Source: Mytilus trossulus (lineage: Eukaryota). Taken from it: a stretch of DNA of 64,000 bases. The position numbers were made by a program, and so were the translations under genes. Positions within the stretch are counted from its first letter, which is position 1; each line of letters begins with the position of its first letter. A model generated the notes under the pieces. The model had not been told where the DNA came from. It saw nothing but the letters and a program-made list of their open reading frames with translations, and ran no database searches. The stretch is taken from assembly GCF_036588685.1 (NCBI RefSeq), contig NC_086382.1, forward strand, positions 71,858,001-71,922,000. Direction: 5' to 3'. Below are positions 25,046 to 39,710 of the stretch, one piece after another.

Positions 25046-25702
25046 AATGTCTATTGAATATATTTATTTTCCTGTGGTTAAGTTTATATTTTCAATCGTG
25101 AAACAGGTTTGATGATAACTGAATCTCAATGTGATTTGCTCGCCTGAAGTACGAGAAGTCGCGGGTGAGATACATGATCAAATGTCAGACTTCGTTGGTA
25201 TAGAATGCTTCGCAGTTTAGCTTGAGGTATTTATAAATAAAAGCAAATATTGAGCGGCTCGAAGTCAATTGCTGAATTGGAATAATATATACATGTTGAG
25301 AGATATAAATGTATCCAGACCTTCTGATATGTTTCTTTGAAAGGTGAACTCTTTTATATAAAGCTGTTTTACAAAAATAATAACAAACAAAAATATATCA
25401 TTTACATGTTTTGTCCGGAAAATTATTTTCTTTCAAGTCGTCACTTTTAAATGAATTTTACAATGCAATAATACGCAATAATTTGGAAGCTTTAGCATAT
25501 ACATTGGAATGTTATAAACTTAAAATTGTATATAAATGGTTCAATTTAGTCAATTATTACTTTATATGTTATACAATGTAGGTTTTATTTGCGTTTTTGT
25601 AATTGAATTTAAACAACAATCTTACAAAACAAAATTAGCATTATATATAAAGATAAGAAGTTGTGGTTTGATGTACATTTAGAAGATAACTGCATTGAAT
25701 GT

Positions 25703-25790
25703 TAAGCTCTGATGGCATCAATTGGTGATTTGATGGTCGTAAACATGTATTTGTGACCATCAAATCACCAATTGATGCCGTCGGCGCTTA
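25703..25790. repeat. Near-perfect ~40-bp-stem hairpin
   Basis: 25714-25738 is exactly complementary to 25755-25779, and the stem extends on both sides. Confidence 0.9.
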
Positions 25791-26078
25791 GAATACAATA
25801 TCGTTATCTCGATTTCAATGAAACTGACAGAAAACGACAACAAATCATACATTTAAAATCTGCCATATGTCGTCTGCGCTTGCTCGTACGCTTTCATAGT
25901 ATCAATATCGAATTGATGCAATGCAAATTGGTGACGTTATCCAATCAAAATAAACGTTACAACCAATGTTGCTGTATAATTATGAGTCTTTGTTGTCAAT
26001 TGCATATCCTTTAGAAAATGACACTTTTGTTTCCGTCCATTTTTTCGTTATATCCCACTTGAAATTTTATATTTTTAT

Positions 26079-27005
26079 CTAGACCATACATGTTTTTGAT
26101 CGAATAATGTCAGTCATTAGATAATCTGGTTTCCTCTGTCGTTTATTAAAAGTTTCCACATCAACTAGGAATGAACGTATTCTAGTATTAAGTTCATTAT
26201 TCCCTTTTGCCCAAGCATATCTTTTCTGTTTAAACTCATCTGTTTTATCCGGTTTTCCATATTTTTCTTCTGTTTCTATTTTACTAAGTTCTGTTAGTTC
26301 TCTCCGTGAACGAATTTGGCGCTTGCGCAGTTGCATTGCATACGCAACTTCAGGTTTCATGACTGGTATATCTTGAGCCTCCATCACTTCGCCATCTTTA
26401 AGATCTTGAAATCTGACTAAAGCTGGGCGCCGCTGTCGTTTACTTCGCTCTTTTCTCAGATAAGCTGGCGATGAAAGACAGCGAAGAGTCATAAAACTTC
26501 GGTAGCCTTGAATGTTTTTATGTATAACTTTAGTGTCATTTTTCGATGATGATTTCGAGGAAGTTAACTTCTGCATAGAAATAGCAAACATAGTCAGCGT
26601 ACTAACAGGGGGCTTCTCAGAGTCACGACGTATCTCAACATGAGTCTGTGGTCTGCTCCCGAAACTAGAACTTTGCATTCCATAAGTAAGTACTTCCGTT
26701 GTATGTGGTGTTCCATCACGTGATTTAGGAGTATGAGATCGTCTATCATACAGAGAAACACTATCTTTAATCTCACCACGTTTAATAGCAGAACTTAAAC
26801 GCGAAATTTCTTCAGCTTCCTTTCGTGCCTCTTTTAACGCATCGTCAGTATCTATACTTGCTCTGAATTTTGCTTTATGTAAACTTGCTATTTTACTTTC
26901 CAAACTGTCTGATAAGAATGAGTTTTCTTGATATGTTGTACTATGATCAATTTTGATGTTCCCTCGTGAATCAATATCAGTATGGTGCTTACTTGTCGAA
27001 GGCAT
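26079..27005 (-). CDS. Uncharacterised 308-aa basic protein (single coding exon)
   Basis: 927-nt ORF; upstream acceptor tttactttcAG at ~27062 and candidate donor cag|GTTAGT at ~27577 suggest a spliced 5' UTR. Confidence 0.85.
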   Translation of the reverse strand: MPSTSKHHTDIDSRGNIKIDHSTTYQENSFLSDSLESKIASLHKAKFRASIDTDDALKEARKEAEEISRLSSAIKRGEIKDSVSLYDRRSHTPKSRDGTPHTTEVLTYGMQSSSFGSRPQTHVEIRRDSEKPPVSTLTMFAISMQKLTSSKSSSKNDTKVIHKNIQGYRSFMTLRCLSSPAYLRKERSKRQRRPALVRFQDLKDGEVMEAQDIPVMKPEVAYAMQLRKRQIRSRRELTELSKIETEEKYGKPDKTDEFKQKRYAWAKGNNELNTRIRSFLVDVETFNKRQRKPDYLMTDIIRSKTCMV

Positions 27006-29711
27006 CTTAAATTCTAGTTATAGAAAATTGTTCACATTTCAATTCGTTTTGTTGAATGGTTCTGAAAGTAAATAAAGAAGTTTTTTGTCAAAACAGACAA
27101 GATATTTTAAGTATTGATGGTGTATTTTGTCTTAATAAATATCAGTAAAAGATTGAAATTCGATGAATACTGGGTTTTTTAATTGATGACTACATATTGT
27201 CCATCAGCATATATTACATCCGCATTTAGAACGCCATTTCAGTTTAAAAGAGGCATTCTTGCTACCTTGCTGTGAAACATGTCATCGAAATCCGTCAGCA
27301 AAATCAGATTGTTTTCCACAGGGTTGATAGATTGTCTTTTAATGCTGCCAGCGTTAATGCAAAGCGGCAAATACAAATATCACAATATGTAAATTGTGAT
27401 ATTTTTCTTCTTTTTAATTCCTTTTTTATTATTCAAAATAATATTATCTGTCCAGGTTAACATTATAAAATACAGTTGAAAAATGAATCTGTGCGTTATT
27501 ATATTTTTATGACTATCAATTTAGAAAATTATACGGTATAGATACAAAGAAACCACAACATGAAATTAAAAACTAACCTGAGAAAGTTGACAACCATGAA
27601 TAATCTTCCAATAACTTGATATATTTATTAATATTCTATTAACAGTTAAAGTTTATGTGTAGACCATTAAATAGAAGATGACAAACTTTAACCGATCTTC
27701 TTTCATAGAGAGTTTGTTCAAATGTTCTTTAACAATAAGTTATGCACAAGGAAACTATCTCTTCTGACGATATGAATGTCGTAAATCTGTCAAGCAACAA
27801 GTCGTTTAATACACTGTTTCTATTGAAATGTTTAAAGGATGCTCTCTCCGACATGCTGAGTGTATACATCTCCTAGCAATCACCACATTTACTTAATGCA
27901 TGGTATTAGATGTGTAAATACACCTGACTGAATTATATGAAAACACTTATCTGACATTGTAATATCACTCAGTCCGCAGCAAATTATATATTGATTTTAA
28001 TTAGGTAATATTACCTTGGCAATATATAAACAATAGCTTATGCCATTCCGTGATAAGTGAATACTTGAAAGGCATAAATTCTTAATTAATTTCCAGAAGT
28101 TATTGCAAGAATCGATTTTCTGGTTAAATTATGGGAAAAATTGGATTTAGATTGAAAAACGGGAGGTTCAAAACTGTATCTACAAAAGGTATGCAAGTTT
28201 TAATAAAAAAAAGATATATGAAATAGTTTTATGTTAACCATCCCACTTCTTCTGGTTTGATTTGTTCACGTCCTAGATATTCATGAAATATTTGCCACGG
28301 TACGTTGAAATATCAAATATAAATATGAAATTATTTTCTTTAGTTTAACTTCGTATACCGTTTGGATCTCTAAAATAAAAATATGGATACTTGAACATAC
28401 ATGACACTTAGTAAGGCATGGTGTTTTCATTGCTTTTTCACAGGCAACAAAAATCTGTATCTAGCATCTTCAACAATTAATTTTTCATTTAACATAAAAA
28501 TGTACGTCTTGTTTCACTTTTGTTAAATTCAGCTTCAGCTGAATGAGCTAAATAAGATATTTTTATCTCATTTTTAATTTGAAAAAAAAAAAAAATTTAT
28601 ATTTTTTTTCTAAAACCCAAGGCCCTAGTATTGTAAGCTATTATATTCTTATACTGGATAAAATGAAAAATACACGTAATACTTTAGTGTTGTGTATATT
28701 GTTAATTTGTTTAATTCAAACTTTGATTTAGACTACGATTCAAAATTGTTTTCTTGTTCTTTTTTTTTATTTAGTGCCACCTTGAATTAAATTCCAATAC
28801 TCTTGCAATATTTTAAATGGAACGCGTATGATTAGAAACGTGTATGATAACTTTTGATAATCATTTTGAATGTAAACGTTACATATGTCTTACGCTTACC
28901 TTTTAAGTCTTACTGTTTTCAGATCAGCCTTTGAAAACAACATGAATATATTCAAGTTTACATTTAAAATAATGTAGTACCTATTTTTATGATAATTTAT
29001 ATACTTGTGACCAGTCATTTACGAGTCAATAACCAAAAGCCCTTTACTCTTCCTATGTGTTAATAGACTGATAGTTATCTTTAGTTTCATTGGCTTTATT
29101 ATACAGGTATAAATTTTTACACAAAACAGCTTTTGAAATTTAAACTTTCTATTTGTTTTAATATTTATATTACTTTGAAGTTCAAATGAAAATTAAATCA
29201 GATAGATGTTAATGTCCTTAGATGAACACAAAAAAAGGAATTTTGTCCTTTAAATCTTTCTAATGTTATAGACTAATAAATAAAGGTTATTTTTATAACA
29301 TTGTTCAGTCATTACGTCGCTCATTTTTTAAAATACATATTTCTCTCTTAGAAAATTTAACAGGTCGGGTACACTACCTTAAACTTATAGGCATAATTTT
29401 ATATAATACCTATGTTCCCGAAAATATTAATTACATTACCAAACCATTATGTATACCATTAGTTTTATGCACAGTTTAGCTAATAATTGTTTCTGTCCTA
29501 AACAGAAACTATTGTTTGAAACATATACACCAGAGCCAATAATATAGTTGATAAATACACAAATATTTCAGACACTTACTTACAAAACAGTATCCAGACG
29601 ACACAAACAACTCTAGATATGGTTATTTGCAATCGAATTTCGGACACAGGAGGCTTCTAAATTTTAATTAGCTTGTAAAATAGGGAAAGGGAGTGACATG
29701 TGTTCGTAAAA

Positions 29712-29985
29712 AGAGAAATGATAAATATACCCAACTCCGAGAATAATTAAAAAGCAGACAGTCCGTAATCAAATGTCAATATCAAAAACTCAAAAACACC
29801 AAACGAATAAATAACGACTGTGATATTCCTGACTTGGTAAAAGCATTTTGTAGAAACTGGTGGATTCAGCCTGTTTTTTAACCTAAATAAACATCTAACT
29901 TGTATTACAGTCGCATACAATTCTATTATATTGACAACAATGTGTGAACAAAACAAACAAACATTATAGGTAAAAAAAATAAGTA
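29712..29985 (-). repeat. Repeat family C, decayed
   Basis: Homology to 13389-13640 including ACCAAGUCAGG. Confidence 0.7.
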
Positions 29986-32689
29986 GGAGTTTAATGCACT
30001 AACAAATCGTTAATGCTTCAACAGAGAATACGTTTTATAATTTGTAACCTACTAATGTAATTGCAAAGGCCTATAACAGTTATTTTAAGGACCGTTGTCC
30101 ATAGAACTAAAACCAAATGATGCACGCCCTCAGAGGCTATCAGAAAATGGTTTTCATTTGTACTATCATTGCATTGTAATCGTTTCACTTTTAAGAATTA
30201 TTGGGTTTTTTGGGGGGTATGAAGTCAACAAGAATGTTATTTTATTCAGTCATTCTCATATTATTCAAGGATTGACGATATTTTTTTTGAACTTCTTTCT
30301 TTGACCTTGAGAGTTATGAAAATAATAAAAGTGGAGTTCCTTTTGTTTTCTTCTTTCTTTTGTGTCTAGCGATTTTGTGTGATGAACTAATATACAAGAT
30401 ACTTTATTTAATTGTCATCTGCTGTACACACGAATACGAGTATAACTATGATATCTGTTAATATGTTTACTTTTGTAATCAAATAACGTTTAACATATAT
30501 ACGTATAGTATATGACAATGAGACAGCAAATAATTGGCAAACAAACGACCCCCCTCAAAAAAAAAAAAAAAAAAAAATGGCAACTTCAAGTCAGCATTAA
30601 GTTTTCAACGATAAACTGGTGTCATTATCTTTTTCCAAACCAACAAATTAAGAAAACTGAATTAGCATTATTTAATAGAATTACTTTAACAGTGATGATA
30701 CATCATGTGTCGTTAAACCTATGGTACCTTCATCCTGTATGCTTGATATCAAGTAGGGATTGTGTGCTGTGTATAAGATTTGTTTTGCATAGTAATTTCC
30801 AAAATACAAATGTTAACTTCCAACTTAACAACTAACCAATGCAACGACTTTACTATAATTTTAGAAGACTTTGAATTTGGTTGAAAAGTTCATTTCGCCT
30901 TGTTTTTCCGGATTTTATGTTTTGTCTTTTTGTTCATTTAATGTTATATATTCAATGTATGCACCATTATGTTTGAATATATGCCGAGGTTTAAAAAACC
31001 TTGCTCAATTGTTTCAGATTTAAGACTTTTATTTTTATATTGTCAATGTAAAAACGACATAGGTTTCCACTTGTTTTGCACTTCACCTGTGCATTCATAT
31101 CACGGAAAATTGATAAAAAAAGTATCTATTGTACAGAAAATATCTTTGAGGTCTTTAAAACATATGTGCTTCTGTAAAATATTGCATGATACTATGTGCT
31201 TAAGAAATGTTTTAGCCTGTATGTTTATGTTTTCTCATAAGCAACGAATACGACACAGAAATCCCATTTGAAAAAAGAGCTATACAGAATACGAAGCATC
31301 AAATGATATTAAAAACTGACAAAAAAACTATCCGAACTGTTCGCGATGACTTTTTGATTGGCAATTCATTTCAGTAGTTACATTAAAATGACATATAATT
31401 AGGTATTCTAACATGTTCTCATATAAACAGACTTAGAATGCAACTGTTTTATGATCAGATTAAATGGTGTCCTTTATAAATGTGGTTTGGTTATTTGTTG
31501 TAAATTTCGTCGCTTTCTCATTTACATATATGTCACACCTCCTTTAATTTCAAGAAGAAAACGTTTCAAATTCCATCGTATACTCATATACAAAGAACAA
31601 GAAATTCACTATGCTCATAAGTAAAAAAAAAAATGAAATCAATAGTTCTTTAATTGATGTTATTTTCCTAAGAGTTACAGTTCAGTCTTTGTACAAAGTA
31701 CAAAACGCAACTAAGGATTAAAGAATGAATCTATATTTTTACAAAACAATTAAACAATTACTGTGACTATATGTATATTCAATTAAACAATGATAGTACA
31801 ATGTTCATAGCATATGGAAACAATAAACAATAGAAATCAGTTTCTGATGTTCTTTGAGAGTGTTATTGGTTTTACAAATGTCTCTTTATTAAATTTTATT
31901 AAACCTTTGCAATGCCAGATGTAAGTTGAATACTGTACAAAACATATAGTCAAAGAAAAAGAAATTTCAGTACATCTATAAGATACTGACTTCCCCTATT
32001 TTACGATGTAACTAAAAAGTTAAGAAGTGGCCCAAATGTGATCTATCGCAAATACAAAATTATTCCAATCCTGATATCTATGATGTGTTTATTTCTTGAG
32101 ACTATGCTATAGACTTCGAGTTTTTGATAATAGGAAATTATCTTACATCTTTTACATGAAAGTTTTTTGCTGAGATTTTATTAAAATGAAAGAGATATTC
32201 CTTCGTGCAATAAATTAAGTTTTTAATTTTTTATTTAAATTTTGTATATTCCATAACTTCATCCCAGTTGTGTATTTGATACTGTTGTACTTATAATGAG
32301 CATATTTAGAAAAAAAAATGCCTTTAATTTTAAACTGTATCGAATGGTGTAGTGATAACAAAATATAAAACCAATATATAATTCACTATTAACTGTGTGC
32401 CTCACCTTCTCTGAAGATAAAATTTTAATGTCAGTGCTCACCAACTGAGAGTATAATTATTCGATTAATGTTTAAAATTACTCTCTGTTGTTAGCTTGTT
32501 TATACCAACACAAAGTTTAAAATGAAATTTTAATTATCTCAAAATAAATTTCTTTGTAGTCGTCAAATGCATTATTGATGTGCCGAGTGTGTGTGATTTC
32601 CTAATTGTCTGAGATTTAGATATCGCACAGAAGACTATTATATCATTTGTTTGTGCGTTTATCCGTGATGAATGTTCTTGCGTGTCTTT

Positions 32690-33020
32690 TTACTGTGTTT
32701 CTGCCACGTAGGATGTCATTTTAGCAATATAATCTTTAATATTATAATGAAGCGGGAGGTTTGTCTAGCCATAATACCAGGTTCAACCCATCATTTTGTT
32801 CTTAAAATGGCCTGTACCAAGAATGATAGTTACCATCTAGTAGTTATTTTCTATTTATGTTGACGTTTGTTTTCGTTGCACTTCAGTGTTCCTGTTCTTC
32901 TTTTGTTTTCTTCTTATAGTTAATGTGTTTCCCTTGGATTTAGTTTCTAACCCGAATTTGTTTTGTACTGAATCGATACTTGATTTTTAAACACTGGTAT
33001 ACTACTGTTGCCCTTATTTA
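32690..33020 (+). repeat. Repeat family D, decayed, with partial twister-like motif (32745-32822)
   Basis: GCGGGAGGU...CAACCC...CCUGUACCAAG; ends tatactactgttgcc. Confidence 0.7.
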
Positions 33021-33837
33021 TGACATTTGTTTTCCATTTGTTTCGTTGGTTGGTTTAGTCTAACGTTTGATTTTGGCATGCTTTATCGACTTACCCTATC
33101 AAATTTATCAAAGTGTCGGATATTTTTTGTTTTAACAGGAATTGGACGGTTTCTTTTCAGGGAAATAAAATTGAGAAAGGAAATGGTGAATGTGTCAAAG
33201 CGAAAGTTTTGTCAAGTATAAATTGGAATACTGCTTCATATCAGAATATGTTAATAGGAACATTCCCACCTATTGAACATCAAATCCATTTGAATGTGTT
33301 ATTGTGTCATTACATTTAACAGTATTGACACATTTATAATATTTACTTTTCCGCTGTGTACTTACTGTTCTGTTTCGAGTACCATTGGCATGCGTTATGT
33401 AAACGAAACGTGCGTCTTGTTACCTATTTTTAAGCCTAGAATTATTAATGAGTTTATATAACATAATCAAAATAGTCGCCTTTGTATATTCAGGTTTATC
33501 GACAAATCTTTACTAATGTACAGAAAACGTATATATGCAAGATATTTATCTTCCCTTTATATCTTTGTATCAATGTTTCATAATTTTAATCCTTACAAAA
33601 ATGCAATACGTCTGTGTAAATTTTGTACTGTTGAAGCACATTATATATACAGGTGAATCGTTAAATTCAAAGAACGCAAAAGGATGCTAATTGCAAGCTT
33701 AAAACTTTAAAAGATTGAAGAGGTTTGACCTTTGATATATATTACTTAATACATTTTCTGATTGTTTAAATCATATACCTATGCTTGCATATTATGGTAT
33801 GATTTTGAAAAAAAAGTGCAGATTGCGGAAGTTAATA

Positions 33838-34166
33838 TAAAAAAAAAAGATGTGGTATGATTGTCACTGAGACAACTATCCACAACAGACCAAAATGACA
33901 CAAACATTAATAATTATAGGTCACCGTACGGCCTTCAACAATGAGCAAAGTCCACACCGCATATAGTCAGCTATATAAGGCCCCGATAAGACAATGTAAA
34001 ACAATTCAAACTAGAAAACTAACGGCCTTATTTTGTTAAAAAATGAACGAAAAACAAATATGTAACACATAAACAAACGACGACCACTGAATTACAGGCA
34101 CCTGACTTGGGACAGGCACATATATAAATAATGTGGCGGGGTTAAACATGTTAGCGTGATCCCAAC
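33838..34166 (-). repeat. Repeat family B (3' end of the PLE at 55183-56395), truncated inside the twister motif
   Basis: Reverse complement of 56075-56395; 3' half of the twister at 34083-34166. Confidence 0.8.
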
Positions 34167-36802
34167 ATTAAGACTTTTTTGCTGGTACAATGTAAATGTA
34201 TGGTTATTTATTATTATGTTGAAACTATCAGTGTTTTTCAAAAAATAGTACAACAAATACAATTTGACCTGGAATTCAAATGTATCAAGTTGACAGCGGT
34301 GAGCTACCTGCTAGTTATCTGAAAATATTTCATTAAACACGCCAAGGAAAAGGATAGTATACAAAAGTGCCTCCCATTAGGTTGTCAATGACGGTGATAG
34401 CAAGTTTTGTCATAAGGTGTGTGTCTGTTTTTGTAGCCCGGTTTGAATGTGTAGCAAGTTTGATATACATTGGATTCCTCATCCATCATTGATCACTAGA
34501 TCACTTCAAGAACCCGCTTGTAAAATTCTTGTTTAAGGGACTTACGTTTGTGTGTGAGATATAGACAATAAATAAGAAAACCACATATGGTCAGAATGTA
34601 GACGGTAATTCCAATACCCTGTGTGGAAAATTACAACGCTTTCTGGAAGACATAGAACGTCATATTGATGAACTGAAATGTCCATATAACATTATCATAT
34701 ATATAAAATAAAAATTTGAGAATGAAAATACATGTATGTATTTATCGACAAGCTTACACAATTTGAAAAGGCTTTAAAAAGTATTATCATTTTTGCAATT
34801 ACAAATAATATTTTTATCACAACACATTCCTTATAAGTATGGACAGAAATCTTACACTTACTTTTTAAAATATCAGATTTTGTTATCGATGAACAATGTC
34901 TTTAATTGTATTAAAGTAGGACATGTTCAGATTCTATTTAACTGTCAAGGTTATAAAATAATTATGAAGGGATGTAGTATTTAAGATAGACAATCTTTTG
35001 TTACAAGAACATGACATTGCTAAAATGAAGGTTTATAATTTTGTATTTTGTAACGATAATAATGATGTTCGTAATTCTGGACCTCAGATCTTTAAAACGA
35101 TGTGTCCGGTATGATTATAGAATCAAACTTCTTCAAATACTAGTAATTTTGATATTAGAAAATGAACAATTTCCTTTGCGTACCTTATATTTAACGTATT
35201 TTAGTATTATGTAATCAAATAATTGATTATACAGCATGTTTGCTCTTTTCTAATTTGACTTTGTTGAGTGTTTAATTGAATGGTCCAACACCAAACGTCA
35301 AACTACAAAAAAACAAATTACCAAGGGAATAGATAAATCACAATTTATTCATTATAGACACACAAACCAGGCTTTGAAGTGCTGAGTAAATAAAGATTTT
35401 AAGCAGCAAGTAATTACAAAAAATTTCTTATTCTTTATAGCTATGTAAAAACTGAGATAGAAATTAGTACGTTTTCTTATCACATAAGTGAGCACATAGT
35501 ATGATACATTATTGTCAACGAAAGGAGATCTTGTTACTCATGTTGTCACTTTGCAATGCAACTATTTCACAACTCATTTTTTTTTCTTCTTAAGTCTAAC
35601 AATTATCAAACTGCATTTAGATCTTTTAAAAAAAATAATACATCGGTAAACTGACAAATGCAGAGAAATATATTTTATAAGTTATAATTGCACAGGAAAT
35701 AAGAATTAAAAAAAATTCAAACACTTTTCGTTACGTGAATTTCGGTTTAAGAACTGTCTAAATATGGTTGCAAATTTTATCTATTCCTTGTACTATACTG
35801 GACCAGGTTGACTTTATATTTGTTATAACAAGCCCATTCTATATATTTTTGATACCCCCTCACTGACAGGTAATTAATTTTGTGAAGCATCTGACGTTGA
35901 TTTATGTATGGAAAAGAGGACATAATTATGAAAATCTAGTTTACCCCATGTTGGTTTACTGGATAACCTCGGTAAATATCACTTTAAAGAAATTAGTATT
36001 GAATTTGAAGCATGAATTCGTCGCTTGTTATAAAAACGTGTGGTGTGATGGGCAAATAATTACGAAATATTAAAAACGTTTGTTTTTTTATTTATTGCGC
36101 CTGATAAACCCATTATGAATTGAAATGTATTTATTTAATTGATGTTTAACTCAAGTTGCATACATCTTAGTCATCAGTAGGACTACAACTTATCTCATTG
36201 GTAGGTTTTGCACAGTGCATGGATCGGGATGTTGGAAATGGACATTTTACAATACAACAGCCTACTTATGGATCCCTCGTAAATTTTAGTAATGGGTCTT
36301 TACCGTGTATATAGCGTGGTACTATCCGTATCTTATATAAAAACCCTCGCATATGCCAAATAGCTACACGAATGACCCGTTCTTAGAATCGTTTGTTTTT
36401 ACCGCCGGTTAAATGGCACGCATATTTGAGTATATTGGGACTGACAACACCATTTTTATATGTCATGTTAGCATACTTTTATATAAAATGCATGACATTT
36501 GTTTTTATAAATCACGTTAAGAAAAAATAATTGCAGTTAGCCAAAATCAGAAAACAGAACTGTTGAGCAATCAACGTGTTTATCTGTGACTGACGACTTT
36601 TTGTAAGGAATATATTTGATATAGATATATATGATGTTAAATTTAGACCATTAAAATTGTCATAAAAAGTCATTATTAATTATGTTACCACCCACCTTTG
36701 ACAAAGAGCCCTTGATCTCTTACTTCGCATAATGAAAGGAAAATTTCAATTTTCACAATTGTTGCCCAAAGGTAAAGTAAGCAAACTGTTGCAGAAATTC
36801 TA

Positions 36803-37045
36803 ATAAAGGCAACAGTAGTATACCAATGATCAAAACTCATAAATCCATGGACAAAAAACAAAATCGGGGTAACGAACTAAAACTGAGGGAAACGCATTAA
36901 ATACCAGAGGAGAACAACGACACAACACTGAAATGTAACACACACAGTAACGGACCAAGCATCAGACAAAATCCCACGAGAATAACAAATATATCATCAA
37001 AACCAAATACATGAATTTGGGATAGACAAGTACCATGACACGTCT
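36803..37045 (-). repeat. 3' end of repeat family D
   Basis: ataaaaggcaacagtagtatacc... matches 18505. Confidence 0.75.
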
Positions 37046-39053
37046 AACGTCACTTAATATACTACCAATACTCATGCCATTATCTTTTATTGTGATAATC
37101 ATTCTTCGTTTCTTTTATAATTTACAGAAGTACAGAAACCTTTTTTTATTTTGATAATACATGATTTGGTCCGTAGTTAGACTATGACGAACTGTTTTAT
37201 AATACCTTAAAAAAATATTCTTGATTGTTTTTGTAGTTATCAAAAGTACCTAACAACTAATAGAAGCAGTCTCCTGATCATAGTTTACTAATGTTATGCT
37301 AAAGGTATGGGATTATATAATGTTCGAATACAGGGGAAATTAATAGCGTTATATGACCTTTTGCAAATGCACATTTTTAATATATTGTACATTGTGTAAG
37401 TACTTTTGCAGTACTAACACCCACTACACTTGCAAGAATTATGGATTGAATGTTGTTAAAACTAAAGTGTACTAATGTAAAGAAATGTCTATATTTGTCC
37501 AAATAAATAATTTGAAAATAATTTGAAAATAAAGATAAATAACGGCAACTTTTTAATGGTAATAAAATATATCTATAATAATCCATCATGTACACAAGAC
37601 CAAGAAGAAGTTAATAAAATTCATAAATACAAAAACATATAATATAACTCACTGTGTTGTCTGTACCTGTTTCAATGTCCCGACTGATAGATATGAACTG
37701 TAATATAGGCGTTTACAAACATGCCCTTTTCATCTCCTTTTGTATGCTACTTTTAAATATTACAAAGAAATCACTTTTCATCACTCGGTAATATATTATA
37801 AAATGTTCATTTAAAATGAATACTATGTACGGTGGTGCTATATCGAGAAGACATTCAGTTGGTTGTCTTTTGTGTACAAAAATGAATAAATTGAAATTAA
37901 ATATGAAAAGATCATTTTATTTACATTGCTTTAATATGAATTGGAATTAAAATCTAACTTGTATCCATATATATAACTCGAAAGGTAAAACGACTAATTT
38001 GAAGTTCTATTCATCTAAACAAATATATTATAAATATCGTCGGGTGGCTTACTCAAATAAATTAGGATTAATTATAATTTAAATTACGACTGAACTTTCA
38101 ATTTCCTTCTCAAATTTGAGACATTGTTACAAGAGACACCAAAATTTAAACATTCAATAAAACAAACATTGTCATCGTTCAATTTTTAATTATTCATTAT
38201 ATATTTCCTGTTCAGTTCGTAAAGTTCGAACTGTCTATTAACGTCATTACTCAAATAACATAAACGACACCAATAAAGAATCAGAGCATGAGGGAATTAC
38301 ATACTTTAAAAATGTAAATTAAGATATAAATACAAATTGATTGCATGAGGATTCATATAGTTGTTTCGTAACAACAAATTATAAATCATGTTATTTGACA
38401 AAATCTAGGAACGGGAATGCAAAGTTTAATCTACAGGTACATATTTTGGTGTATCAGACCCAAAGAAAATTTACAAACAGCGGATAGCTGATGACAACAT
38501 TGCTTCCATTCTTTTTGTTTACGTTCCACACTATGATGTTTTGGATATGCTACTGTTGACTTCGGACATTAGTTTCCCTAGGCAGGAATTAGAATCCAAT
38601 TGCTGATAAGCTTTTGTTTTTCCAACAGTCTAAACAAATAAAAGTAACACAATATGTGTATAGTTTACAAATACCGTCCCCACAATTAACATTGATGTAT
38701 TTGTGTCGTCTTTATATTGCAGTGCTCAAGTAGTGTCAAATTTTTTTTTAAACTATCTGACTGGATTAAACGCATTTAATATATCAATTTCGTTTCTGCT
38801 GATTTCCAATTTGCTTGAATTTCTGCAATGAAAGTGTTAACTATTTGACTTGTCGGTTTATTTCTTACGTTTGTCATGAGAACCCTATGGCCTATAAAGG
38901 GAACGCGTGCATGCACATCGATCCATCATTAAGATTATAAACATAGCGTGAAAGTGCTAACTATTTGGCTTTAAGATTTATATCTGAATCTTTCTTGTGA
39001 AAATAGATTAATTTGACAAGGAACAAAATAATTAACAGATGTACATACATACT

Positions 39054-39190
39054 GAAGCTGAAGGACGCCTCCGGGTGCGGGAATTTCTCGCTACATTGAA
39101 GACCTGTTGGTGACCTTCTGCTGTTGTGTTTTTTTATTTTGTTCGGGTTGTTGTCTCTTTGACACATTCCCCATTTCCATTCTCAATTTT
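39054..39190 (+). repeat. 3' end of repeat family A
   Basis: Reverse complement of 10206-10343. Confidence 0.8.
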
Positions 39191-39217
39191 TATACAAATT
39201 TTACTTCATGATTATAG

Positions 39218-39710
39218 ACTTAAAGTACAGGATGTGCTCAATTATCAGAAACCAGTGAAAACCTGATAATTGAAACTATAAGTAAAGAGAAAAAAAGACA
39301 CAACAATGACAATTCATCATGACAATCAAGAAAATCTGATGAATCGGAAGATGATATTGATGAGGATAGAGATGAAGATAGTGAGTTAAGTGACTATGAG
39401 TGTGATGGTTGTCCAATAAAAGTCCCAATTGACGACATTATTGGGAAATCGGTGATTAAGACAAGTAGACTATTGCCTGATAAATTTATTGCGAAATTAA
39501 AAGTTACAGAAAAACTTGTATGGTCGGGGTCGTAACAAAGTAGTACAAGTTCGATCAAAGGATGTTGATTATGACACATATAGGCAAAACGTCGAACAAG
39601 ATTTTCCAGATGTGAGGAACTATGAATTTCGTCCTGAGGAAACTGGTGATAAACTTATTCGGATTGCTGATTTTGCAATTGCTAATGGACTTTATAAACA
39701 TAAACAATGA
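39218..39710 (+). pseudogene. Disrupted coding fragment with acidic tract, origin unknown (possibly transposon-derived)
   Basis: Reads ...SDESEDDIDEDRDEDSELSDYECDGCPIKVPIDD... then frameshifts near 39516 into YGRGRNKVV...LYKHKQ*; in-frame stop at ~39320. Confidence 0.4.

Noticed and set aside
33375-33460. GAAACGTGCGTC hammerhead half
   Set aside because: CUGAUGA is lost; only a decayed family H relic
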